From the NCBI GenBank assembly GCA_038087875.1, contig JAXLNO010000236.1, positions 1-64,000 on the forward strand: DNA of 64,000 nucleotides. Direction: 5' to 3'. Positions 1-12,706 of the stretch are shown one piece after another. Position numbers and translations under genes: made by a program. Under the pieces are notes generated by a model. The model worked only from the letters and a program-made list of their open reading frames with translations, was not told the origin of the DNA and ran no database searches. Numbering within the stretch: position 1 is the first letter of the stretch; each line of letters begins with the position of its first letter. Source of the DNA: Malacoraja senta (taxonomy: Eukaryota).

Positions 1-502
1 CGTGGCCAGGATCGAACCCGGGTCTCTGGCGCTGTTGCCGAAGGCTGTCAGTTGATGCCGATAATTCTCCTTAATGGCAGGAAATGAGCCGCTCACTTCA
101 GCCTTTACCCCGTCCAAGTTTCCCTCGCTTTCTGTCGCCCTGTCTTGTTCTCCTGAGTTACGCTGCAATGCCAGTCTGGCGATATCAGATCCCTCTCCCC
201 ACTGCTCCGTCACCTTTCCGGTGTGAACCAACCTCCTGCATTGAAAGCACTTACCAGCGATCGCATTTTATAAGAAAATAACCCCATTCTCCATCAATGC
301 TGGAGCCTGCTTGTCTCGGCCCTTCTCCTCTAGAGTAGTGTGATCAGAGTATATCCTTTGGTTGGCTGTTTATACGAGATTGGCTGCAATCTTCACTGAT
401 GGTCTTCTTCATGCTATAAAGTGATTTAAAAATGTATTCCTGAAAGGGGTTTGCTCCAATAATGGCGTCGATCATGACCCCCTTCTCTCCCCCCCCACCC
501 TC

Positions 503-568
503 CCAGATGGCTCCCAACCCAAGATGGCTCCAGACTCAAGATGGCTCCCAACCCAAGATGGCTCCCAT
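503..568. repeat. Same 17-bp repeat x about 4, opposite orientation
   Basis: CCCAACCCAAGATGGCT units. Confidence 0.85.
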
Positions 569-1159
569 CTTCACAATGTCATGCTCCATCAAACATTGCA
601 TCCAAAATATCAGATTTCTCTTCGGTGATCTGAGTTGTAAGATGAACTCAGTTCGCATGCCCATGTTTATCGCCACTGGACACGTAGGTCTCGCCACTTC
701 TCCAAGCAACTGTGGCGTGGAGGATCCACAGAGCTCCAATGGACGGGTCTTTGGGGCACTCGTTTCAGCAGCTTTCCTCCCTCTGCCTCTCATCACTATC
801 CTGCAGCAAGACAAAAGAAAAGGCAAGTTCAACATTTCGGCATGTTGTGGCAGCTGCTTTCTGCCCATGCTGGCGTCAGGATACCTGTATTTGCACTCAG
901 TTCCAATACACGCCATACTCATGATCATGCAACCAGTCCGAAGACAAACTGGCTGAAGAAAATCTCTGACCGATGAAATCTAAGAGTTCCACAGCAGAAT
1001 TGGTCAACTTATACTGCAATATAAACACAAAGGCTTCATTCGGGGGTCCTTCAGCTCAACCCGCCCATGCCGAGAATAGGAGTAGGGATTTAAAAGTGTG
1101 GAGTGATTGTAATATGTGATTGTAGATCTGCTTTTGTGGTTAGCATGCAAAGAGTCGCC

Positions 1160-1298
1160 TGGGTTGGGCGCCATCTTGAGTTGGGAGCCATCTTGAGTCG
1201 GGAGCCATCTTGGGTTGGGAGCCATCTTGAGTCGGGAGCCATCTTGGGTTGGATGCCATCTTGAGTTGGGAGCCATCTTGGGTTGGGCGCATCTTGGG
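1160..1298. repeat. 17-bp tandem repeat (GGGAGCCATCTTG[A/G]GT[T/C]) x about 8
   Basis: Period 17 visible directly; flanked by GCATGCAAA direct repeats. Confidence 0.9.
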
Positions 1299-1699
1299 CA
1301 TGCAAAACTGACAATGATGGCAGCGGATTTGCACACAACATCTCACTAAAATTATTATTTTCATCACTTACCAGTTATCCTTATGAATAGTCGACCCCAA
1401 AGTTGACTTTGCAGATCTCCAGTAATGCTGATGCATAAACAACGGCCTTTGTTGCGCAGAGGTACCGGCACTTAATTCATCCTGGGAATGTGGGATCAAA
1501 AGCTGGCTCTTGATGGTGGATGCTAACATTCAGTGATTGAATGTGTCAGAAAGCTTCAGCTGCTTCCTTCTGCAAGGTACAAAGCCATCCGACAAGTATA
1601 TTCCGTTACGGTAAACATCCCGATGATGGCATCCATCAGTGGCCACTTCCCATTGCCCCCCAGATGATTCACAGGCTTTCAACCTTTTAACCAAACAGT

Positions 1700-1905
1700 G
1701 GAGGAACTGCAGATGCTGGTTTAAACCGAAGACAAACACAAAGTGCTGGAGTAACTCAGCGGGACAGGCAGCATCTCTGGAGAGAAGGAATGGGTGACGT
1801 TTCGGGTCGAGACCCTTCTTCAGACTGAGTCGGGGGGAAAGTGAAACGAGAGATATAGACGGTGATGTGGAGAGATATAGAACAACTGAATGAAAGATAT
1901 GCATA
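1700..1905 (-). mobile_element. Penelope-like element terminal repeat with intact minimal hammerhead motif (1794-1826)
   Basis: Minus strand GT-CTGAAGA-A-GGGT CTCG ACCC-GAAA-CGTC-AC; same unit family that ends the GIY-YIG element at 26.4 kb. Confidence 0.8.
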
Positions 1906-2319
1906 GAGCAGGAGGGGGAGCAGTGGGGAGGATGTTACAGAACTCTCGTCGGAGAGAGTGGGAGAACTCCTTCGTTTGTGCAGACGCTCCCTTGCTTCAG
2001 ACACTGCAACCAAACCTTAGGATTTCTCTTTGGAGATTCCGTTTTTGCAGTTAAGTCATTGTTCACTTGCAATGGTAGCAGGACTTAACACGTAAATCGC
2101 ACTGCTTTTCCTCGCGACTGCACCATCGAGGTTTGCTGAAAGTGGTTCCTGATGTTCTCCAGAAGCCTGTTGAGGTCGTGTCACTCCCTGTAGCCGTGAG
2201 CCTAAAACAAGATAAAGGTAGGCTTCAGATATATCATTCACCTATTGAATGCTTAATACAACAAGCTGTTATGATCACAAGCACAATAATGCTTTATAAC
2301 GCTAGATAGAGCTGTTGGG

Positions 2320-3485
2320 GCTAGTGGAGTTAGGGGATATGGGGAGAAGGCAGGAACAGGGTACTGATTGAGGATGATCAGCCATGATCACAATGAATGG
2401 CGGTGCTGGCTCAAAGGGCCGAATGGCCTCCTCCTGCACCTACTTTCTATGTTTCTATGTCAGTGGAAGAGCCTTGGAAGGTGTCGTAGAGCAGAGAGAG
2501 CTCAGGGTGCAGGTACATCATTCCATGAGATGGCGACACGCGCAGACAGAATGGTGAAGAGGACATTTGGCATGCTTGCCTTCATCGGTCAGGTCATTGA
2601 GGACAGGGTTTGGGACGTCATGTAACAACTGCACAACACGTTGGTGAGCTCACATTTGGAGTTCTGTTTGCCCTGTGGAGGAAGGATCCATTCGGCTGGC
2701 GAGGGGGCAGAAAAGCTTCACACGGTTGTGCGGCCCGGTCTCACAGCTCGAGACCCGGGTCTACCCGAATGGCCTACTCCTGCACCTGTTTTCTATCTTT
2801 CTATCTTTCATATATCAGTCCCGTCATCCCGGGAATTAACCTGGTGAACCTACGCTGCACTCGCTCAATAGCAAGAATGTCCTTCCTCAAATTAGGAGAG
2901 CAAAACTGCACACAATACTCCAGGTGTGGTCTCACCAGGGCCCTGTGCAACTGCAGTAGGACCATCATGTACCCATTTAAATGTCATTCCAATGCTGTTA
3001 TAGTACCTGTCCCAACTACCTCCGCTGTCCAAAACTCCAGAGATGGGTAGAGGCCAATCATTACCAACAAGGACCCGGAGGTACAGGAAGGGAACATGTG
3101 AATGCTGCCTGGATTTGAGGGGATTCGCTATAAGGAAAGGTTGGACAAATATGGATAGTTTTCTCTGCAGCGTTAAAGGTTGAAGGAGGACCTGATAAAA
3201 GTATGTAAAATTATGAGTGGCATAGATAGGGTAAACAGTCACAACCTTTTTTTCCCAGAGTGGAAGTTAAATACTAGAGGGCATAGCTTTAAGACGAGAG
3301 GGGCAAAGATTAAAGGAGATATGTGGGGCAAGTTCTGTTACACAGATGGTGGTGGGTGCTTGGAACGCGCTGCCAGGGGTGGTGGTGGAGGTAGATATGA
3401 TAGTGGTGTTTAAGAGACTTTTAGACGGGCACATGGACATGCAGGGAATGGAGGGATATGGATCACATGTAGGCAGAGGAGATTA
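2320..3485. mobile_element. Cluster of CR1/HER1-type LINE 3' fragments in both orientations
   Basis: Decayed RT C-terminus (DLIKVCKIMSGIDRV, TRGHSFK) and TTTCTATG-type tails. Confidence 0.75.
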
Positions 3486-3486
3486 G

Positions 3487-4066
3487 TGCCGCCGCGCCCA
3501 CTCGCTCGGGCTCACGTGGGCGCATGGTGGGGAGGTTGCTGCCGCTCTCTGCCTCTGCCCTCTGCCTCCACCCGCTGCCCCCTGTCTCTGCCTCTACCCT
3601 TTGTCTCTGTCTCTGCCCTCTCTAGCCGCGCCTGTGAGTTGGGGGTTATGTGTGAGTGGATAGGGCGGGGGATGGTGTAAAAGGAGCGAATTAATAATAT
3701 TAATATATCAAGGGGGGTGGTTAGTGTGTGTGTGTGTGTGTCTGTGGGGGGTGGTTAGTGTGTGTGTGTGTGTGGGGGGGGTTAGTGTGTGTGTGGGGAG
3801 GTGGTTAGTGTGTGTGTGTGCGGGGGGTGGCTAGTGTGTGTGTGTGTGTGGGGGGTGGTTAGTGTGTGTGTGGGGGGGGTGGTTAGTGTGTGTGTGTGGG
3901 GGGGGGGGGTGGTTAGTGTGTGTGTGTGTGTGGGGGGGGGTGGTTAGGTGTGTGTGTGTGTGGTGGTTAGTGTGTGTGTGTGACGCCGCAGGCCGCAGGC
4001 CCCCCCCCCCCCCCCCCGCAACCGCGCGCTGAGGGGACGGGACCCAACGGGTCCCACTTGGTCTAG
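3487..4066 (+). mobile_element. Non-autonomous Helitron-like fragment carrying a compound (G)nTGGTTAG(TG)n repeat (about 3710-3982)
   Basis: 3' hairpin GGGACCC-AAC-GGGTCCC (4039-4055), then CTAG (4063-4066) followed by T; 5' TC terminus not found. Confidence 0.65.
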
Positions 4067-4609
4067 TAACTGATGAACTTAAGAGTGGAATGCATCCTGC
4101 TTGTTTTACAGACAGTAGTTCCCCCTCAGGTGGACATTTGTACACGCATGAGACAAATTAACAGTGGCATTAAATTACAGAAGGCATCATCGTCAACCTT
4201 GTCCTGATACTCCCAAACAAGTGCACCTCTACTGGATGGCCAGCAGAAGGATGCTTGTCTGATTTTGCCAGATATTTGCACACATACATAGACACAGAAA
4301 TATTTGCGCACTCTGAAGATTGCAATGGTGAAGCAGGTCCTTGGCAGCGGTAGAATTGGTTCATGATTCACGATACGGCACGATAGAATTTTATTTAACC
4401 CGAGAAAACAGGGAAGAAGAATCTCATGGGCGTTCTGTGCTGCATCTTGGTGGAACCAGTCTGTTGCTGAAGGTGCTCCTCAGGTTGACCAGTGTGCCAT
4501 TCACCGACGATGTCCTCCCACTTCATACTGATGTTAATGTTTCTGTAACGTGGGTGGGATTAAGAAATGACATTACCTGCGTTGTTTCTGGCTCAGCCCG
4601 GAAGGAGTC

Positions 4610-4950
4610 AGAGGACCACATCGCTGTTTATAAAATCATGACAGGTACAGATCGGGTAGATGCACAGAGTGGGTGAATCGAGAACCAGAGGACACGGGTT
4701 TGTGGTGAAGGGGAAAGATGTAACATGAATGTGAGGGGTAACTTTTCCACACAAAGGGTGGTGGGTGTACGGAACAAACTGCCAGAGGAGGTAGTTGAGG
4801 CTGGGACTATCCCAACGTTTAAGAAAAAGTTAGACAGGTACATGAATAGGACAGGTTTGGATGGATATGGACCAAATGCAGGCAGGTGGGACTAGTGTAG
4901 ATGGGACATGTTGGGCCGAAGGGCCTGTTTAAACACTGTATCACTCTATG
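4610..4950 (+). mobile_element. CR1-type LINE 3' end
   Basis: VYKIMTGTDRV remnant and GGGCCGAAGGGCCTGTT tail shared with the SINEs. Confidence 0.75.
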
Positions 4951-5386
4951 AGTTACACCTTGTACGTGTCCCAGAATTTAAAGAAAGTGTAATTACACAT
5001 CATTGCACATTGCTGAACTCCTGCTGCTTTTGGAATTACACATAAACATTGCTATGAGGGCACAGTTATAGTTCATGGTTTCATTATGAGTCCACATTAA
5101 AAATATTCCTGTTCATCTCAAGTGGGATATATTTTTTACAGCTGAACTGCACAATGCTAACCGATGAACTATGAAATGTCTTTGGTTGCACTAAGGACTG
5201 TATTTTTTGCACTGGTATTGTGGTCATGAATTTATTGGGTATATATTATCTATGTGTATTGTGTTACAGGCCAGTTATGCTGCCGCTAGTAAGAATGTCA
5301 TTGTTCTGATGTTGGTACATATGACAGTTAAGCACTATTGACTAAAGACACAAAGTGCTGGAGAAACTCAGAAGGGTCCTGACCCA

Positions 5387-6112
5387 AAATGTCACCTATC
5401 CATGTTCTCTAGAGATGCTGCCTGACCCACTGAGTTACCCCAGCACTCTGTGAAACGTCACCTATCCATGTTCACCACAGATGCTGCCTGACCCACTGAG
5501 TTACTCCAGCACTCTGTGAAACGTCACCTATCCATGTTCACCACAGATGCTGCCTGACCCACTGAGTTACTCCAGCACTCTGTGAAACGTCATCTATCCA
5601 TGTTCTCCACAGATGCTGCCTGACCCGCTGAGTTACTCCAGCACTCTGTGAAACGTCACCTATCCATGTTCACCACAGATGCTGCCTGACCCACTGAGTT
5701 ACTCCAGCACTCTGTGAAACGTCACCTATCCATGTTCTCCACAGATGCTGCCTGACCCGCTGAGTTACTCCAGCACTCTGTGAAACGTCACCTATCCATG
5801 TTCACCACAGATGCTGCCTGACCCACTGAGTTACTCCAGCACTCTGTGAAACGTCACCTATCCATGTTCTCCACAGATGCTGCCTGACCCGCTGAGTTAC
5901 TCCAGCACTCTGTGAAACGTCACCTATCCATGTTCTCCACAGATGCTGCCTGACCCGCTGAGTTACTCCAGCACTCTGTGAAACGTCACCTATCCATGTT
6001 CTCCACAGATGCTGCCTGACCCGCTGAGTTACTCCAGCACTCTGTGAAACATCACCTATCCATGTTCTCCACAGATGCTGCCTGACCCGCTGAGTTACTC
6101 CAGCGCTTTGTG
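5387..6112 (+). repeat. 66-bp minisatellite x11 derived from the Penelope terminal unit
   Basis: GATGCTG recurs at 5414, 5480 ... 6074 with exact period 66. Confidence 0.95.
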
Positions 6113-6149
6113 TCCATTGTTTTAGATTTATTTTTATTTTATTTTTAAG

Positions 6150-6422
6150 AGGTAGTGTGGAAACAGGCCCTTCAGCCCGCGCCGACCAGCGATCACCCCA
6201 CACGCTGGCACTGTCCTACACACCAGGAACATTTTTTACCAAAGTCAATTAACCTACAAACCCGCACGTCTTTGGAGCGTGGGTGGAAACCAGAGCACCC
6301 GGAGAAAACCCACGCAGGTCACGGGGAGAACATACAAACTCCATACAGACAGCACCCGTAGTCGGGATGGAATCCAGGGCTTTGGCTCTGCAAGGCAGCA
6401 ACTCTACCGCTGCGCCACCGGG
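6150..6422 (-). mobile_element. tRNA-derived V-domain SINE (HE1-like)
   Basis: A box TGGCGCAGCGGTAG, degenerate B box, V-domain core, CR1-type tail. Confidence 0.85.
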
Positions 6423-8587
6423 CCGTTCTTTTTTGTTGTAAATCAGCATCTGCAGTTCCTCGTTTCTACAAACACTCATTATTGCCCTTGATACCTCACT
6501 CAGTGGACATCTTTAATTGAAGGGGGGGAATGGGCAGTGATTGTTGGCAAATTATTTAACTGTGTAAGGGTTAGGGCAGTGATTGGAGGGAGATATTCCA
6601 ATGCAGTCTGCTGCTGTCCTCGAATCACACACTCACTTTGCTGCAGCAGCAAGGGTGATTTTGCCTCTTTCCACTGCAAAGACCACAAGCACAGCCCTTA
6701 CCTGCTGCACTAGCGCAGATTGCGGATGAAACCTTGCGGCCTTCCTGGCACGCGAACGTTCTCAGGTGACTGAAACGGTGAATTTTCCACCAACGGATGT
6801 CTCTTTGCGCAGACAGTGCGGCACCTGTGCCCCGCACCACTCATGGGAAAGGAGGGGGAAAGGTGAAAGCAAATGCAGAGAAGCAATTGAAAAAGCACAA
6901 AAACACCCTCTTGCCCCGTCACTTCTGGAGCATGGCGGCGACAGAGAGGCCAGGAGTTGAGCGAAGGTCTCGAACATCACAAGGCTGAAGGTGCAAATAT
7001 TTAGCGCAGATCCGCACGACTTTATGAGATCCAGTTAGTTCAGTTCTCCTTTAATAAACATCACCAGAAGGCAAACAGTGACTCTCGGCTTCTCGTACCC
7101 CAGAGACACAGAGGTACAGTCTCATTTCCTGTGATAGTGCAGCTCTTTGGTGAAATCTGCCTGGGGATCGCGCACGTTGGGTGAAAACAGCTTGGGTCTC
7201 AGAAATGAATGCCCAAATTCAATGTACTTTATTGTCACATGTATCAAGGTACAGTGAAACGCCGTGTTTGCATAGAGTTCAGTAAAAAACTTAATATACA
7301 TTGGCATAACCATACTTAAGTCTTAAGTACAAGAATAGCATATTACACTGAGGCAGTATACAACAGTCGCCATGTTTCCAGCGCCATCTTGCACCCTTCA
7401 AGATCAAATTTGTTAAAAATGTAGTCTTAACTTGGCCATAAGCGCCGGTTGTCCTACTGGCGGCACTGGGCCAGAGTTGCAAGGGTCGGGCCTGGCCAGA
7501 CGATGTGCGCTGTGGGCCATTCGCCTGTTAATAGTCACCACCAAGGTTTGCATGGTGCAGAGTTGACCACCAGGCGATTGTCAGGATGGGAGGGCTGCTG
7601 GCAGCTGGGTAATTGGACCCTGCAGGTCAGGACATTGGGAGGAGGTCGAGGCAGCCGAGGTGAGCTTCAACCTGCACCCCTTCCTCCTCTCAGCACTGCC
7701 ACAACACTGTTTGCTTTGAAGAGGTTGTTAAAATGGAACAGAGCAGAACGGAGCGGGTCCTTGCTGGATGAGTCTTGCGGCTGAGCTTCAACCTCAAATT
7801 TGGGGTTAAAATTTTCCTTGACTTGCCACATGAACAGACCCGCATCAGTCTGGACAATGAACACTCCGACAGATGCATTTGGCTGGGATACATAATAACC
7901 TGGTTAACTTTCACAATGCATTGTGAATTTGAGAAACTTAAGATGCCCGAGTGGTAAATATTTAGCGCACTTACATTTTTTCACCAAACATTTTACACAA
8001 AAACCTTTCAGTCAAACAGCAATGAATTGTCAAAGATAAAGATTTATTATTGCAACTGTAAAGAAGGTGAACAGGGAAGAATAACCGTTTTCATTGAATA
8101 ACATCAATTTCTAATAGAGGGTGTCAGTGTTATATATTGACCTTGCTGCCCACAGGAAGGCTATTCGAGTACTTTGTTATCTGACACCAAGTAAGATTGT
8201 GAGCATATCGCTATAGTTGACCTTGATGCTCTGAGGTAGTGGAGCATCTTTCTTTGTATGCGCAGTGACCCCAACTATTGAGTGCTTTTCTCTTGAGGTC
8301 CATTCGCTCCATAGTTAGACACGGGCTGTGATGAGGGTGGGAGCTGTGTGGTTCTGGTGATGCCCAAACTGTGCGTTGGGTTATTGGAGAATGTCCTGTC
8401 ACTGTGTAAACCATATTTGTTAAATCTAGGCAGATTTATTGATTACCTTGATGGCCATAGTTCTGTGAAGTGTCTTAGAACATTGTAAAATTTATGATAT
8501 AAATACTTTTTGTCCTTACTCTGGCTGCTTCCTCCTCCTACTGCCTAGATAACACCATCCAGGCTCTTAATTACACATAACAGTATA

Positions 8588-8845
8588 ATTTAGAGGTATA
8601 GCACAAAAACAGCCCCTCCGACCCACCGAGTCCGCACCGACCAGTGATCCCCGCACATCAACACTATCCTACACACTAGGGACAATTTTTTACATTTATA
8701 CCAAGCTAATTAACCTACAAACCTGTACATCTTTGGAGTGTGGGTGGGTCACGGAGAGAACGTACAAACTCCGTACAGACAGCACCCGTAGTCAGGATCG
8801 AACCCGGGTCTCTGGTGCAACTCTACCGTTGTGCCGTGCCGCCCA
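8588..8845 (-). mobile_element. V-domain SINE with internal deletions
   Basis: B box GGTTCGATCC and same core and tail as the other copies. Confidence 0.8.
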
Positions 8846-11845
8846 TTGTCTCTGAATGGAGTTAGCATGAATGTCACTGCCATTACTTTGTTGAAAGTCC
8901 TTTACAAATATAATTGGTGGTGTTGCAAGAAACTAGATAAGAGTTATGGAAATACTGACACCATGGGTATTCCCCGAGTTGTAATCCAATTGCATCCTGG
9001 ATTGAAAATATCCCAGTCAAAACATTACAGGTTCAAGTGGACAGAATTCAAAATCCTCTGCGTTATTCATCTGTGGGCAAGTTGTTACTATTCATATCCA
9101 GCATTTTTCAAATTTTATCGAGGAAACTGGGACGTGTTGCCACCCTCAACATTTCTATCCTAACCCACGATCAACAAGAACAAATGTGCAGAAGAGACAA
9201 ATCCAATGATAGCAACCAAACCAATGGGTTTGAGTCAAAGAGCTGATTGAGAGTTGCCCTGCTAGCAAAGGAAGAGTCAAAAGCAGCAGCTGGTAATGCA
9301 AACACCATTGTTGGCTTATGCTGTTGAGTGTCTGAGTCTATGGGATACTTGCTGCTACAAGTAAGATGTTAATTGTACCTGTACCTCATCGCTCTTGTGC
9401 AGAAGACAATAAACTCCACTAGACACCAAGCTCTGCCATTTGTCCTCATGTCAATTAAGCTAAACTGATAGTTTAAATTTCAAATTGAGATTGGAGATGC
9501 TTCTGGGAACTTCTTTGCAATCTGCCCGATATATTTCTTGCACTGCAAGTGTTTTGACTTCAACAGTACTAAAATGGATTGGCCATCTGCAAGCTTACGG
9601 GTTCGCAAAGCTCGGCTTCTCCCAAATAATGGCTTCACATCACGAGCCTCAGAAGTGAATTTTGACAAGATGTGAATATTGATGAGATGCAATCAAGGCC
9701 AAGCCTAGCGTCACTAGCAGTGACAAACTATACAATGACTCTTCCTCGATTCATTTCCTTTCTATTTTTACTTTATTCTATCCTAACAATATTAGATTTG
9801 TTCCATTTCATTTATGCTCTCAACTGTCAGAACTATTCACCTTGCCAAACACCCAGTTATTCAAAGTCGACTTACATCAAGCGGCCCAGAAACTGACTGC
9901 TCCCCGAAATAGTCAACCACCAGCAACACCACCAATAGCCCCTTCCACGACCCAAAGGAGCTTGTGCGGACTCGGTGGGCCGAAGGGACCGTTTCCACGC
10001 TATATCTCTAAACTAAACGGTCCTTTTGCATATCTAGTTATTTTGGGTGAAACGTTTCACATGGACAACCCATAGGATGACTGAGTCAACTTTAACAGAT
10101 CCATCGACTGAATGCAGATGGCAGTACTTAAAAAGCAGAGTGAATGCAAAGGCTATAGCATTTCAAGAAATCTGCTGACGCAAATATTTAACATATATCA
10201 TCACGCCATCAGGCTTCTGAACTCATAAACACATCATATATATCGACTATTTTATTTATTATTGTCTTTTACCTACCAATGTCACTTTTATCTTATTTTT
10301 TTTTAACCTCAATGTTATCCTTGTAATATCATTGCTGAGGTGACCTGTTGTCTTGTCAAACACATTTCATTGTACCGTTGACCGTGCGTTAACCTACATA
10401 TGACAAATAAAACTGCTGAACTACATAAAGTATCCAGGCTACACTTGCAATGGATTTGCTTACAAGTATAAATATAAAACAGGCATGGTTTAAAAAGCAA
10501 TGAATCCTTTAGAATGGATTCTGCGTAAAGATCTCCCGTCTATTTTGTGAAGGTGCTCCATGGGTAACACTCTTACCAGGGTCAGCAAGTTGTGGGTTCA
10601 AGACCAACTCCAGGGACTCGAGATATCTGGGCTGACACATCAGTGTAACACTGATAAAACAACGCATCATCTGAAATACTGCTTTGTGAATGAGATGCGA
10701 AACAAAGGCCTCATCTCCTCCCTCAGGTGAGGGGTAAATATGCTGCAGCACTATTTAAGAGCAAGGGAGTTCTCCCATGTCTATGCCAATACCTATCCCC
10801 AATGTCACAAACAAAGTTATTATATTCCCATTTTCTGGAGTTAGTTGCACGCGATAAGCTTTTGATGTGTTTCCCATGTGACAACGGTGACTCCATTTTA
10901 AAGTTGGATAGTATTTCAGGATGTTCCAATGTTGTAAAAGATTGTATAGAAATACAAGCATTTAGTTTTCAATTTCCTTGGCTGCATCATCTCTCGTGAC
11001 CAACTCTTCCCCGAGATCTTATTTACTCATCATCTCCATTCACTTAACCTTCCTTGTTACCCACAAAACCAACTTCATACCCATCGGGGAAGGAAAAATT
11101 TCCCCGAACTCTCTCAAATCCATCCTCCATTTTAAAACAGCCTTTCCTCCGACTTACTGCTGATCATGACGGTTTACAGAAGTGAATTTGCACCTTAAGT
11201 TTGCTACATCTGGAAAGGTAATAAGCATTGAACAACCTGTTGGCCCACAAGGATGAGTCAGACATTTTACAAGACAACACTTGTCAGTGGTCACACAGAA
11301 ACCTGTGGTAGATGCATTTCACTAATACCAGAATTTAATGTTTTTACTAATAGCAGAATGTAATGCTTTAAATTAAACTGCATTGAAATGTATGCTTATG
11401 GATAACTGTTTTTGCATTTTCTAGCAGGGAACTGACTTCTTATTGATGTAGTTAATTAATTGGATGCTGTCGTTCTCTGGTAGATCACCCAGAGTCGAGG
11501 CTACTTGGGTCCTGCCTTCACCATCAAAGAGAATGTTTTCCTTTCTGTGATAAGAAATAATCCAATTTCAGAATCCTATGTTGTTAGAGACTCAAAAACT
11601 AAGGGGAAAAAAAGTTATCCACAGATGTTGTAAAAGATTGTATAGAAATGCAAGCGTTTAGTTTTCAATCTCCTTGGCTGCTTTGATTCTTTTGGTTTCT
11701 GTTTAAATTTCAGATTTCAGTCAAAGTCCTCTAGTCTTTACCTTGCATCGGTCTTTTGGCCGAGATCAATTTACTCAGAAATGAGAAATGGGACACAAGA
11801 TCTTTCTATCTCCCCAACTACCTACTTGCAGAATAGAATCTGTTA

Positions 11846-12151
11846 AGGGCCTGTCCCACTGTACAAGGTAATTCAAGAGCTCTCCCGAGTTTTAAAAAAA
11901 TGAAACTCGTGGTAAGCACGTAGAATGTACGTAGCGGGTACGTCGGAGCTCGGGACGTCTCTTAGCGGCTCGTAACACTAACGGCAGGTACTCGGGAAAC
12001 GCGGTATGCTCGTGAAGATTTTTCAACATGTTGAAAAATGTCCACGAGAGCCCCGAGTACCTACGAGCGGCTATTACCGTAATTCTCCGAGTTCGAATCA
12101 GGGGAAACTCGGGAGAACTCTTGAATTAGCTCGTACAGTGGGACAGGCTCT
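11846..12151. mobile_element. PIF/Harbinger MITE
   Basis: TIR AGGGCCTGTCCCACTGTAC; TTA TSD at 11843-11845 and 12152-12154. Confidence 0.9.
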
Positions 12152-12706
12152 TTACTTTAGCACGAAAGATATTCAAGCGGCAATTCAAGTCATACAATTT
12201 TAGGGCGATTTTCCACAAGTCATGCGTCTCCGTACAACCCTCTACTTCTTCTGAACATGAGTGTTTTGTAGCAAAAGTTCTTTTGAGGTAATGTACTGCA
12301 GGAAATGTGAGAGGCAATTTTCACAGAACAATCTCCCACAGTGATAACAAATTGATCTATTGAGATTTTGATCGAGGGATTAATAACCCCTCCCCAACAC
12401 CAAGAAACCCCCTTTCAAATAATACCAATGTATGATTTGCGTTCAGTGGAGAAGGAGACAGACCATTGCTTCGATGCACAATACTTAATACTGTGGAGTA
12501 GTGAACAAAATTCCATGCCCAGTGCATGATTTTAAAGCCACAGACTCAGATCACTGGATCAAAACTGACATTTGCAGTGTTGGGTATTGGTTGTATCATA
12601 TGGAATTTGAATTTGACACCATATCCAGGCACTTGGTGGTCCAAGATGACTCGCATTGAACCTTTGATTCTTTCAGCCATTTTATAATGTAACGAAGTGG
12701 GACTAA

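Noticed and set aside
2090-2201. Keratin-like peptide HDLNRLLENIRNHFQQ on the minus strand
   Set aside because: Flanked by stops, segment boundaries do not fit keratin exon structure, and no other rod-domain exons were found.
5387-6203. CRISPR-like array or repeat-protein ORF 5802..6203
   Set aside because: No unique spacers, eukaryotic context; the ORF is a by-product of a 66-bp (3n) repeat.
7667-7914. Protein-looking short minus-strand ORFs
   Set aside because: No recognisable family and no convincing splice sites; adjacent to a LINE tail.
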